Shown piece after piece: positions 49,903-58,613 of a stretch of 64,000 bases of DNA. The notes under the pieces were generated by a model. That model was given only the letters and a program-made list of their open reading frames with translations, did no database searches and was not told the DNA's origin. The stretch's first letter is position 1. The number at the start of each line of letters is the position of its first letter. A program made the position numbers and the translations under genes. The stretch lies in the NCBI GenBank assembly GCA_035380865.1, contig DAOSYA010000007.1, positions 4,618-68,617 on the forward strand, written 5' to 3'. The stretch is from a bacterium (GTDB lineage Bacteria; UBP15; UBA6099).

Positions 49903-50115
49903 ATGCCAAAAATCATTATAGATAGTGAAGAATGCAAAGGCTGTTACCTCTGCATCGAAGTATGCCCTAAAAAATCGATCGAAATAGGGAATAAGCTTAA
50001 TTCAAAAGGATACTACCCGGCTGTCCCGGTCAAGGACGGAACATGCTCGGGCTGCGAGTCCTGCATGCTTGTATGCCCCGATATGGCGATAGAGGTTTAC
50101 GATGAAAAAAAGTGA
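49903..50115 (+). CDS. 2x[4Fe-4S] ferredoxin, delta subunit of 2-oxoacid:ferredoxin oxidoreductase
   Basis: CKGCYLCIEVCP and CSGCESCMLVCP motifs; 70 aa; translationally coupled to the alpha subunit. Confidence 0.8.
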   Translation: MPKIIIDSEECKGCYLCIEVCPKKSIEIGNKLNSKGYYPAVPVKDGTCSGCESCMLVCPDMAIEVYDEKK

Positions 50116-51190
50116 TAAACGATTAATGCGCGGAACCGAGGCGATCGGAGAAGCCGCGATACGCTCGGGCTGCAAATGTTACTTCGGCTACCCGATCACG
50201 CCGCAGAACGAGTTGACTGAATACATGGCAAGAAGAATGACCGAGACAGGGCGGGTTTTCCTGCAGTCCGAAAGCGAGCTCGCGGCCATCAACATGGTAA
50301 TGGGAGCATCCACCACCGGCGCGCGCGTGATGACATCCTCGTCGTCGCCGGGAATAAGCCTCAAGCAGGAAGGCATCTCGTTCATAGCGCCGATGGAACT
50401 GCCGGCGGTTATCGTAAATGTTATGCGCGGCGGGCCCGGGCTGGGCAACATCGCGCCATCGCAGGGCGATTACTTTCAGGCGACGCGCGGCGGCGGGCAT
50501 GGAGACTACAGGACCATCGTTCTCGCGCCCGCATCAGTTCAGGAGCTTTTTGACTTGACAAGGAAAGCATTCGATCTCGCAGACGAATACAGAACCCCGG
50601 TACTGATTCTCGCGGACGGCATGATGGGACAGATGATGGAACCCGTGGTGTTCAAAGACAGACCGGTCGAGCCTGAAGAACTTCCAGAAAAATCATGGAC
50701 GCTCACCGGGGCAAAAGACAGGCCGAGCAGGATGATCAGATCACTGTTGCTCGACGTGAATGTCGAGGAAGAGCAAAACTGGAGGCTCTACAGAAAATAC
50801 CAGAAAATTTCCAAGCGCGAAGTTAAATGCGAAGAGCTCTACATGAACGGCGCGGAGATGGCGGTTGTCGCATACGGGACAGCATCGAGAATTGCAAAAG
50901 CGGCAGTCAAAAAATGTATCGAGAAAAACATGAAGGTCGGTCTCATAAGACCGATCAGCCTCTGGCCGTTCCCCGAAAATGTAATCCTGGAAAGAACAAG
51001 GCACATCGATCACTTCATGTCCTTTGAAATGAGCACCGGGCAGATGGTGGAAGATGTCCGGCTCGCCGTAAACGGAAAAGCAGAGGTTTCCGTATATGGA
51101 AGGCCCGGCGGCGTTGTTCCCACACCGGCAGAGCTGTACCGGGTTATATCCAGAACCTACAACAAAATGAAAAGAGAAAAAGAAAAATGA
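50102..51190 (+). CDS. 2-oxoacid:ferredoxin oxidoreductase alpha subunit (KorA/VorA-type)
   Basis: GTEAIGEAAIRSGCKCYFGYPITPQNE N-terminus and domain organisation of POR/KOR/VOR alpha subunits. Confidence 0.9.
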   Translation: MKKSDKRLMRGTEAIGEAAIRSGCKCYFGYPITPQNELTEYMARRMTETGRVFLQSESELAAINMVMGASTTGARVMTSSSSPGISLKQEGISFIAPMELPAVIVNVMRGGPGLGNIAPSQGDYFQATRGGGHGDYRTIVLAPASVQELFDLTRKAFDLADEYRTPVLILADGMMGQMMEPVVFKDRPVEPEELPEKSWTLTGAKDRPSRMIRSLLLDVNVEEEQNWRLYRKYQKISKREVKCEELYMNGAEMAVVAYGTASRIAKAAVKKCIEKNMKVGLIRPISLWPFPENVILERTRHIDHFMSFEMSTGQMVEDVRLAVNGKAEVSVYGRPGGVVPTPAELYRVISRTYNKMKREKEK

Positions 51191-51957
51191 AAAAGCGAAG
51201 GCCGGCACGACCGCCGACAATGAAAGAGGCCACATATCACTACTGCCCGGGCTGCGGTCACAGCGTGATTCACCGACTCGCGTCCGAGGTTATCGATGAA
51301 CTCGGCATAGCCGACCGCGCGATCGGCGTTCCCCCCGCGGGCTGCGCCGTCCTGGCTTACAATTACTTCGATGTTGACATGACGGAGGCACCCCATGGCC
51401 GCGCGGTTGCCGTAGCAACCGGAATCAAGCGCTCGCTTCCCGACAGCATCGTGTTTTCATACCAGGGCGACGGTGATCTTGCCGCGATAGGAACCGCGGA
51501 GCTCGTCCACGCTGCCAACAGGGGCGAATGCATCACCGTTATCGGAGTCAACAACGCTGTTTACGGAATGACCGGCGGGCAGATGGCGCCAACAAGTCTT
51601 CTTGGCATGAAAACCACTACGTCTCCTTTTGGCAGAGATTCGAAAAGAGACGGTTACCCGATAAAAGTCTGTGAGCTTCTGGCATCGCTCGAAGGCGCGG
51701 TCTATCTCGAACGCTGTGCTGTAAATTCCGTTAAAAGCATCCGCAGAACGAAAAAAGCATTGCGCGAAGCTTTTTTAACCCAGATGAACGGAACCGGATT
51801 TTCTCTCGTTGAAGTCCTGTCGCCCTGCCCGACCAACTGGAAGCTCAGCCCGGCGGCATCATGGAAATGGATAGACGACGTCATGTCGAAACACTTCCCG
51901 ATAGGAATCATCAAAGACACTCGCAAAGACAAGGAAAAAGAAAACAATGCTGGCTAA
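51187..51957 (+). CDS. 2-oxoacid:ferredoxin oxidoreductase beta subunit (TPP-binding)
   Basis: YCPGCGH Cys motif and GDG TPP-binding motif. Confidence 0.9.
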   Translation: MKKRRPARPPTMKEATYHYCPGCGHSVIHRLASEVIDELGIADRAIGVPPAGCAVLAYNYFDVDMTEAPHGRAVAVATGIKRSLPDSIVFSYQGDGDLAAIGTAELVHAANRGECITVIGVNNAVYGMTGGQMAPTSLLGMKTTTSPFGRDSKRDGYPIKVCELLASLEGAVYLERCAVNSVKSIRRTKKALREAFLTQMNGTGFSLVEVLSPCPTNWKLSPAASWKWIDDVMSKHFPIGIIKDTRKDKEKENNAG

Positions 51958-52525
51958 AACGATATTTGCAGGCTTCGGCGGCCAGGGCGTTCTGCTTATG
52001 GGGTTCTGCCTTGCGACAACCGGAATGAATGAAGATAAACACGTGACCTACCTCCCGAGCTATGGCGCGGAAGTCAGGGGCGGCACCGCGAACTGCACGG
52101 TCTCGGTATCGACCGAGGAGATAGCTTCACCGATATCTTCCTCTCCCGATTTCGTTGTCGTGATGAACAACCCTTCGCTGCTGAAGTTCCAGAACCTGGT
52201 TAAGTCCGGGGGCGTCTTTCTCGTGAATTCATCTCTCGTTGACCTGCAACTGGCGCGCGACGATGTTACCGAAATCAGGGTACCGGGAAGCAAACTCGCT
52301 GAAGATCTCGGCTCGATGCGGTCCGCCAATATGGTAATGCTCGGCGCTTTCGCCGCGGCTACAGACATCGTGAGCTACCATGTCCTGCTCGAAACCGTGA
52401 GAGAAATAACAGGCAAAAAAAGAAAAGAGCTTATGGATGCGAATGTGAAAGCGATTGAAACAGGATATAACTATGTTAAAAATATTGACGATAAAACTGC
52501 GGGCAAAGACAAAAAGAAATCTTAA
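51947..52525 (+). CDS. 2-oxoacid:ferredoxin oxidoreductase gamma subunit
   Basis: IFAGFGGQGVLLMG gamma-domain motif. Confidence 0.85.
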   Translation: MLAKTIFAGFGGQGVLLMGFCLATTGMNEDKHVTYLPSYGAEVRGGTANCTVSVSTEEIASPISSSPDFVVVMNNPSLLKFQNLVKSGGVFLVNSSLVDLQLARDDVTEIRVPGSKLAEDLGSMRSANMVMLGAFAAATDIVSYHVLLETVREITGKKRKELMDANVKAIETGYNYVKNIDDKTAGKDKKKS

Positions 52526-52587
52526 TATGAAATTGAAAAAATTCACCGGCGGCATCATCGCCGCGGACACATAATCGGAGATGCATC

Positions 52588-53022
52588 ATGTCCAAGACTG
52601 TTAAACAAATTTCAATCCTTCTCGACAACAAACCCGGAATGCTCGCCAGAGTCAGCGATCACCTCGGAAAAGAAGGAATCAACATCGGCGGTTTATCACT
52701 CGGCGAAACAAGCGAAAAATGCATTGTGCGCATGATTGCGGATAATCCGGAAAAGGCCGAGCAGATTCTTATCGCGGAGGGTTACAACATCTGGACCAGA
52801 GACGTAATAGCAATAGAATGCCCGGACCATCCCGGCGCGCTCAACCCGGTTCTAAAACCTCTTGCTCAGGCGGGTATCAATGTCATGTACATTTATACTT
52901 CTTTGAGAAGATACCAGGATAACGCGATTCTTATCCTTCGAGTCGACAACACCGAAAAAGCGATCGAAGTTCTTGCCGAGAACTACGTCTACGTGATCGG
53001 CGAAAAACTTTATTCCCTGTAA
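52588..53022 (+). CDS. tandem ACT-domain protein (paralogue of 19913..20341)
   Basis: QISILLDNKPGMLARVSDHLGKEGINIGGLSL aligns with [32 protein letters not shown] of the other copy. Confidence 0.75.
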   Translation: MSKTVKQISILLDNKPGMLARVSDHLGKEGINIGGLSLGETSEKCIVRMIADNPEKAEQILIAEGYNIWTRDVIAIECPDHPGALNPVLKPLAQAGINVMYIYTSLRRYQDNAILILRVDNTEKAIEVLAENYVYVIGEKLYSL

Positions 53023-53094
53023 AGCAGTCGGTTTCACGGGCCTGTTAAACTGATTCAATCCCTGTGTTTCCGGGTTTTGCGATATTCTTTCTCC

Positions 53095-53146
53095 ATAAAA
53101 AAAGGGATTAAGGAACTTGTATTATTTGTATCGTTCCCTTAATCCC
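53095..53146 (-). terminator. long hairpin with a flanking A/T run (terminator-like on the minus strand)
   Basis: aaaaaaa-gggattaaggaac-(16 nt loop)-gttcccttaatccc: a 13-bp stem whose U-run follows only when read on the minus strand. Confidence 0.35.
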
Positions 53147-53563
53147 GACCGACTTATATTTACCTTAGTGCCTCTAATAATTTTAGCACAATCATTTGCG
53201 ATATGCGTGTGACCCTGATCACACGGCACCATTGATCTTCGTCACATTCATACTGTTTATAGTAATTCTCATAATAAAACAGATTCACAACTCGATCAGA
53301 AATCACAAATACAAAGATAGTGTGCCATGCACAAAGCTATTTCCTTTGTGCATGTATTCAAGTTTATTTTTGAGAATCACTATATCATAGATAATATGGA
53401 ATACGGCACGAAGCGCCTGCCGCCATTTCTGCATGCAGTCGGCAGGAATCCAGAAAACCCCGTTTAGTTATTCTATGTTTATTCTGATAATCAATATAAA
53501 CCCAAGAAACGTCTCTTTTTCATCATTATCGATCAATTCAAGCCGCCCAATTCACGGCTTCTT

Positions 53564-53592
53564 TTGACTTGACGGTTTTGATGAGTTAGACT
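53564..53592 (+). promoter_or_regulatory. sigma70-like promoter for the B12-radical SAM gene
   Basis: TTGACT - 17 nt - TAGACT, 45 nt upstream of ATG 53638. Confidence 0.35.
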
Positions 53593-53637
53593 GGTTTAGA
53601 TGGCTATCGGAATGGCTAAAAGGCGGATCATCCCTCT

Positions 53638-55071
53638 ATGAAAGTTGTTTTTCTGCAGGATAACGGAATCAACGAATCGCTGTCCCTGACGGACGTGTCG
53701 GGATTGCTGAAGCAACAAGGGCACGACTGCGAACTTTTTTTCAAAAAGAACGAGCGGGATTTTTTTGAAAAGGTGCGAAAAGCCGATCCCGGACTGATTG
53801 TCATGCCCATGGATATCTGGGGCGAAAAGCTTGCCATAGATACAGCCGAAGAAGTTAAAAAGACCGTGAACGCCCCTATTGTTTTCTGCGGAACCTACCC
53901 CCTGCTGTTCCCCGAAGCGATAGAAGAACCAGGTGTCGATCTTGTCTGCATGGGCGAAGCGGAATATCCGATCCTTGAACTTGCCGGGAGAATCGAGGCG
54001 GGAAAAGACTACTCCGACATTCCCAACCTGGTTCTTAAAAGAGACGGTGAAATAATCCGCAACGACATGCGCGAGCTTCTGCAGGATCTCGATGCGCTGC
54101 CGCTGCCCGACCGCGAAATATATTATAAATATGGCTTTATGCGACAGATGAGCGTCAAGAGATTCACCAGCGGGCGCGGGTGCCCGAACGCATGCAGCTT
54201 CTGCTACAACGCAGTGTTCAGAAAAACCTACAGGGGCAAAGGAAACTACGTGCGCCGCAAATCCGTGGACCGCATGATCGAGGAAATCGAGGAAATGCAG
54301 CGGATTGCCCCGATCGGCAGCATCCATTTTTCGGACGATCTTTTTACGGACGATCACCCGTGGGTCGTAGAATTCTGCGAGAAATACGCGGAAAGATTCA
54401 ATTTCCCATGGACCTGCAACACCGCGGTGCATGCGGTTGACGACGAGATGCTGTCCGCGATGAAAAAGGCTAAATGCCACGGCATCGCCATGGGAGTCGA
54501 AACCGGGCGGGAGTACCTTCGCATGGTTCATCTCAACAAGCCGTACCGCGACCGCGAGATCGTCCGCGTCTCAGAACTGATCAAAAAACACGGGCTCTTT
54601 TTTACATCTTTCAATATGCTGGCGCTTCCCAACGAGTCGATCGAGGACGCTTTTGTTACACTGCGGCTGAACCGCTTTATCAGGGCGAACAATGTGCGAA
54701 TATTCTTCCTCTCACCTATCCCGAGAACCCGGCTTACGGAGCGCGCGATCGAAAGGGGCGAGCTGGATGTCAACTATGAAAAAGACGGCGCGAGGCTGCT
54801 TACTCCGGAGATAAAATCAAAACATTCCAGGATGTTCGAGAACCTTTACTACATGTACGACATCGGGATCGTTTCGCCCGCTTTCGAGTGGCTCGTTAAA
54901 AAACTCCTTAATATCCGCATCCCGCTACCCATCAGGATACTGCTGCTTCTGCCGCGCATGTACAGGGAAAAAAAGTTTTTCAACATAAAATTGTCCTCCG
55001 GGATTAAATACTTTCTAAACACAACGCTCCCGCAGAACAGGACAAAGAATTTTAATAACTATCTGCCGTGA
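53638..55071 (+). CDS. B12-binding-domain radical SAM protein (class B radical SAM family)
   Basis: N-terminal cobalamin-binding-like domain; radical SAM CPNACSFCYN (Cx3Cx2C) motif; 477 aa. Confidence 0.8.
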   Translation: MKVVFLQDNGINESLSLTDVSGLLKQQGHDCELFFKKNERDFFEKVRKADPGLIVMPMDIWGEKLAIDTAEEVKKTVNAPIVFCGTYPLLFPEAIEEPGVDLVCMGEAEYPILELAGRIEAGKDYSDIPNLVLKRDGEIIRNDMRELLQDLDALPLPDREIYYKYGFMRQMSVKRFTSGRGCPNACSFCYNAVFRKTYRGKGNYVRRKSVDRMIEEIEEMQRIAPIGSIHFSDDLFTDDHPWVVEFCEKYAERFNFPWTCNTAVHAVDDEMLSAMKKAKCHGIAMGVETGREYLRMVHLNKPYRDREIVRVSELIKKHGLFFTSFNMLALPNESIEDAFVTLRLNRFIRANNVRIFFLSPIPRTRLTERAIERGELDVNYEKDGARLLTPEIKSKHSRMFENLYYMYDIGIVSPAFEWLVKKLLNIRIPLPIRILLLLPRMYREKKFFNIKLSSGIKYFLNTTLPQNRTKNFNNYLP

Positions 55072-55109
55072 TTTAAGCAGGCCTGATAAGCAATTTTAGC
55101 TTCAAGGAT

Positions 55110-56495
55110 TTGTTTATGAATAGCAACTACTCTAACAAATTGATTTTTACGAAACGTTTTCTCCCTGCCATGATCATTTTTTTAATCGTTTCATGTTCCT
55201 CATTTTCACAGGCAGATACGGAAAAGGAATCAGTTGCGGTAAACACCGCCGTCATAACTGTTATCGAGGGAAATTCCGTAGAGTTTAGAATAACAGATTC
55301 CAGTGAATGGCAACCGGCGGAAGAAGAGATCGAGCTGTCGCCCGGCTCAAGCGTTAAAACAGGCCCGGAATCAAGAGTCGAACTGCAACTATCGGATAAC
55401 AGCATCATCAGGGTAAATGATCTTTCATTATTCAAGTTTAAAAAGCCGGAAGAAACTCTCACCGTTCTGGACGTTGAAAGAGGCAAAACATGGATTCATC
55501 TTAAAAAGCTTGAATCGGGACAGAGGTTCGAAGTTCGAACACCGAACGCCTATGCGGGTGTGCGGGGAACAACCTTCTGGGTGGAATCAGACCCCGAAAC
55601 CGAAGATGTTATAGGTGTTGAAGAGGGAGAGGTCGAGGTTGTCCGTGGGCAGCAGCGTCAAAGGCTCAAAAAGATGATGCAGATAAATGCGCGCGCAGGC
55701 CGGCTTGGCGACGCGAAGAGATTCGATCCAGATAAAAGAAAACGCTGGGAGAAGTTCACCGATGGAATTGTTAAAAAACGAATGGAGATTTTAAGAGACA
55801 CGATAAAAAAACAACGGGATGATGCCCGCAAACTGATCGAGAACGGAAAGGAACTTTTCCAGGACGCAATAAAATTGGGAATAGAAGCAAAGAAAACCAT
55901 AGGGGAGCTTGAGAAAACTGCAAAGCAGATCGAGCAACTTGCAAAACAGGTTGATGGACTGGAGAAAAACAAGAAACAATCGCCGGGCGGGAAAAAGAAA
56001 AATAAAAAAGATACCAATCAGACCGCGAGACAGGTTGATAAACTGCTTGAAAACGCCCTGGAAATAGAATCTCGATTCCAAAAAGGCCAACAGAACATAA
56101 ATACTATTTTTGACTCAGCGAGAGATTATTTCGATCGTGCTAAAACTCTTGAAGCCGGGATCAGCAGGTTCAAGGAATTAAAAGAACAGTTTGCCGAAAG
56201 AAGCGAACTATCCAGGAAAAGACGTGAATTCGACCCGAACTGGCAGGAATTCAAGGGAATTCATTCAACCGCGGAACAGCATATTAAAGATTTTAGAGAG
56301 AAGCTTACAGCCGGTGATAAACTCCTCGAAGGTATGGAAGACAAAACAGATAAGACAAGACAAAAAATGGTTGATAAAATCGAAAATCTCAAAAAATATA
56401 TTGAAGAGAACAGAACCAGATTTGAGAACAGCCACAAAAGTCTTCAATCATCTATCGCAAAACTCAGGCGCATGGAACAGAAATCAAGCAAATAG
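55110..56495 (+). CDS. FecR-domain lipoprotein with long Lys/Glu-rich coiled-coil tail
   Basis: Lipobox (LIVSCSS); FecR fold region (...RVNDLSLFKF...VRTPNAYAGVRGTTFWV); C-terminal ~280 aa of heptad-like charged repeats. Confidence 0.6.
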   Translation: MFMNSNYSNKLIFTKRFLPAMIIFLIVSCSSFSQADTEKESVAVNTAVITVIEGNSVEFRITDSSEWQPAEEEIELSPGSSVKTGPESRVELQLSDNSIIRVNDLSLFKFKKPEETLTVLDVERGKTWIHLKKLESGQRFEVRTPNAYAGVRGTTFWVESDPETEDVIGVEEGEVEVVRGQQRQRLKKMMQINARAGRLGDAKRFDPDKRKRWEKFTDGIVKKRMEILRDTIKKQRDDARKLIENGKELFQDAIKLGIEAKKTIGELEKTAKQIEQLAKQVDGLEKNKKQSPGGKKKNKKDTNQTARQVDKLLENALEIESRFQKGQQNINTIFDSARDYFDRAKTLEAGISRFKELKEQFAERSELSRKRREFDPNWQEFKGIHSTAEQHIKDFREKLTAGDKLLEGMEDKTDKTRQKMVDKIENLKKYIEENRTRFENSHKSLQSSIAKLRRMEQKSSK

Positions 56496-56546
56496 ATTTG
56501 AATCACAACGCTGGCTGATTGCATATCCGAAATCAGTTACCGGCTT

Positions 56547-56780
56547 AACCTTTATTTCTCACCAGCGCAGGTTAAAAATCGTGAAGCCGGATTCTCCTGA
56601 GGAGAATATCTTCCGGCGGGGCGAGGTCTCCCGAGACCCCAATCCTTTGTTTTCGAAGGCGCAGCGAGGGAGTGGCGAGGGAACATACTGTGCGGTATGT
56701 AACCGAGCCCGAACCGATGCCGCAACGCAGCGGACAGGTGTTATCACGATTTTCCGGATTTCTCTGTGAGAAATCCGGAT
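56547..56780 (+). repeat. dispersed repeat family C copy 2 (with internal extra hairpin)
   Basis: Aligns with 49634..49812; carries an extra ccggattctcctgaggagaatatcttccgg hairpin module near its 5' end. Confidence 0.65.
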
Positions 56781-56789
56781 TAAGGTTCT

Positions 56790-57110
56790 GCATGCACAAA
56801 AAACGACGCTTTGTACATGGCACACTAAAAAGTATTTTTACTTAAGGATTGGATTCCTGCCTTCGAGGCTGTTGAAAAAATGTGTCTTCGAGAATTTGTC
56901 ATCCTGAGCGTAGCGAAGGATCTCGCTTTTGGAGCGTATGATTGAGATTCTTCGGTCGCTGCACTTCCTCAGAATGACAGAATGGGTATTTTTCAACAGC
57001 CTCCTTCGCAGGAAAGGAATGACATAGGTGAGAGGCTCACTTCAGCGTGCGACGCTCCATACAGATTGCCCGTGAAAGTCGAGAGAAGCGCTGAACGGTG
57101 CTGAAAGCAC
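56790..57110 (+). repeat. dispersed repeat family B copy 2 (long form with nested gtcatcctgagcg...ctcagaatgac hairpin module)
   Basis: Flanks match 12133..12262; ~150 bp inserted at the position of the short attcccgcctccgcgggaat hairpin, followed by cgagagaagcgctgaacggtgc-tgaaa-gcaccgttcagcgcttctcgctcg. Confidence 0.6.
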
Positions 57111-57150
57111 CGTTCAGCGCTTCTCGCTCGAAAAGTTTTGCGGGGATTCT

Positions 57151-57180
57151 CAAGGGACGCTTTTTCAAAAGCGCCCCTTG
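57151..57180 (+). repeat. CTTTTTCAAAAG-loop hairpin (copy 2)
   Basis: caagggacgc-tttttcaaaa-gcgccccttg; same loop as 1731..1760; reverse orientation of 28528..28557. Confidence 0.45.
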
Positions 57181-57235
57181 AGCCGCCGGAGGCCTTTCTG
57201 CCCGAGCCTGCCGGGACCGTGGTCCCGTGAATCCA

Positions 57236-57266
57236 TAAAAAAAGGGGCTTCACGCCCCTTTTTGAT
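57236..57266. terminator. bidirectional rho-independent terminator
   Basis: aaaaaaa-ggggc-ttca-cgcccc-ttttt, 20 nt downstream of the minus-strand gene ending at 57285. Confidence 0.65.
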
Positions 57267-57284
57267 ATTCCGGCATCTACGTGA

Positions 57285-58574
57285 TCAATGGTCGCAGATG
57301 TTGTCGCCGCGCTGAAGCGTGCCCGCGAGATACTGCCGGACCGCCTCATCCGGCTCCACGCCCTGCGCGCCAGTCACGACCTTGACATTGTACTCCGCAA
57401 AAAACTCCTGCGCGCGCGAACCCATGCCGCCCGCAATAATCGCATCCACACCCATCTCTCCCAGCCACTTCGGGAGCACACCCGGCTCGTGGGCCGGAGG
57501 TGTCATATATTCCATACCTTTAATCTCGTTGTTCTCAACATCAATAATCGCGAATTTTTCCGCATGCCCGAAATGCATGCAAAGTTTTCCCTGTGCTACC
57601 GGAACAGCAAATTTCATCGATCCATCATCCTTTCGTGCGGGTTCCTGCTTCGAGTCTTCAACCGGCTCGGATGCGCTCTCCTTCTCGCAGAAATCCACAA
57701 TCGGTTCAACAATTTTTTCAATTGCCTGCGCGGTTGCGGTTTTCGAGAAATGGTATACAAACGGCTTCCCGTCGTCGCCGGCTTCAACCATTTTCGGGTC
57801 GAGCGGAATCGCGCCGAGGAAAGGCACACCCATCTCATCCGACATTTTCTCGCCACCGCCGGTTTTGAACAAATCTATAGTGTCTCCGCAATGCGGGCAA
57901 ACAAGCCCGCTCATGTTTTCGACGACACCGATAACAGGCATATTGAGTTTCCTGCAGAAGCTTATCGATTTGCGCACATCACTCAGCGAAACCTCCTGCG
58001 GCGTTGTCACTATTACCGCTCCTGTCATCTTGTTGATAACCTGCGCGACGGAAAGCGGCTCATCGCCCGTGCCCGGAGGCGAGTCGATGATAAGATAATC
58101 GAGATCGCCCCATGCGACATCCCGGATAAACTGCCGTATCGCGCCCATTTTCAGGGGCCCGCGCCATATAACCGCGTCGCTTTCGTCCTTCAGCAGAAAC
58201 CCGATCGACATGACTTTGAAAAGCTCGCTTATCTCAGCCGGATATATCGCGTGGTCGTCATTTTTCAGCCTTTCGCCTTCGAGATTAAGCATCTTCGGAA
58301 TACTCGGGCCATGAAAATCGACATCCAGCAATCCGACCTTTTTCCCCATCAGCGACAGCGCCATCGCAAGATTAACCGAAACCGTGCTTTTGCCTACACC
58401 GCCTTTACCGCTGAACACAATTATTTTATTCTTAATTCTGCTCAACTGTTTCTCAATAGCAATCTGCTCGTAAACCTGTTCCATCGACTCCCCACCCGGA
58501 GCACCGCCCTGCCCCTCGCTCGGACAACTTCCCCCGGAACAACTTCCGCATTTTTCGTCTGACATTATCGTCAC
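57285..58574 (-). CDS. Mrp/NBP35 (ApbC) Fe-S cluster carrier ATPase fused to a C-terminal NifX/NifB-type (DUF134) domain
   Basis: N-terminal CGSCSGGSC, deviant Walker A FSGKGGVGKST, CPHC cluster-ligand motif; C-terminal ~110 aa (KFAVPVAQGKLCMHFGHAEKFAIIDVEN...VDAIIAGGMGSRA) is the dinitrogenase FeMo-cofactor-binding fold. Confidence 0.85.
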   Translation of the reverse strand: MTIMSDEKCGSCSGGSCPSEGQGGAPGGESMEQVYEQIAIEKQLSRIKNKIIVFSGKGGVGKSTVSVNLAMALSLMGKKVGLLDVDFHGPSIPKMLNLEGERLKNDDHAIYPAEISELFKVMSIGFLLKDESDAVIWRGPLKMGAIRQFIRDVAWGDLDYLIIDSPPGTGDEPLSVAQVINKMTGAVIVTTPQEVSLSDVRKSISFCRKLNMPVIGVVENMSGLVCPHCGDTIDLFKTGGGEKMSDEMGVPFLGAIPLDPKMVEAGDDGKPFVYHFSKTATAQAIEKIVEPIVDFCEKESASEPVEDSKQEPARKDDGSMKFAVPVAQGKLCMHFGHAEKFAIIDVENNEIKGMEYMTPPAHEPGVLPKWLGEMGVDAIIAGGMGSRAQEFFAEYNVKVVTGAQGVEPDEAVRQYLAGTLQRGDNICDH

Positions 58575-58613
58575 CTCACATCTTCAGAGTTGTTTTTCAA
58601 TATCATCTACAGC

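Noticed and set aside
53023-53637. Cobalamin riboswitch upstream of the B12-radical SAM gene
   Set aside because: I could not find the conserved B12-box core by eye. This is left as a check (Rfam scan) rather than a call.
53596-54531. 311-aa minus-strand ORF
   Set aside because: Antisense to the B12-radical SAM gene, which has clear Cx3Cx2C and cobalamin-domain motifs.
57288-58562. 424-aa plus-strand ORF
   Set aside because: Antisense to the Mrp/NBP35-NifX fusion gene; Arg-rich shadow ORF.
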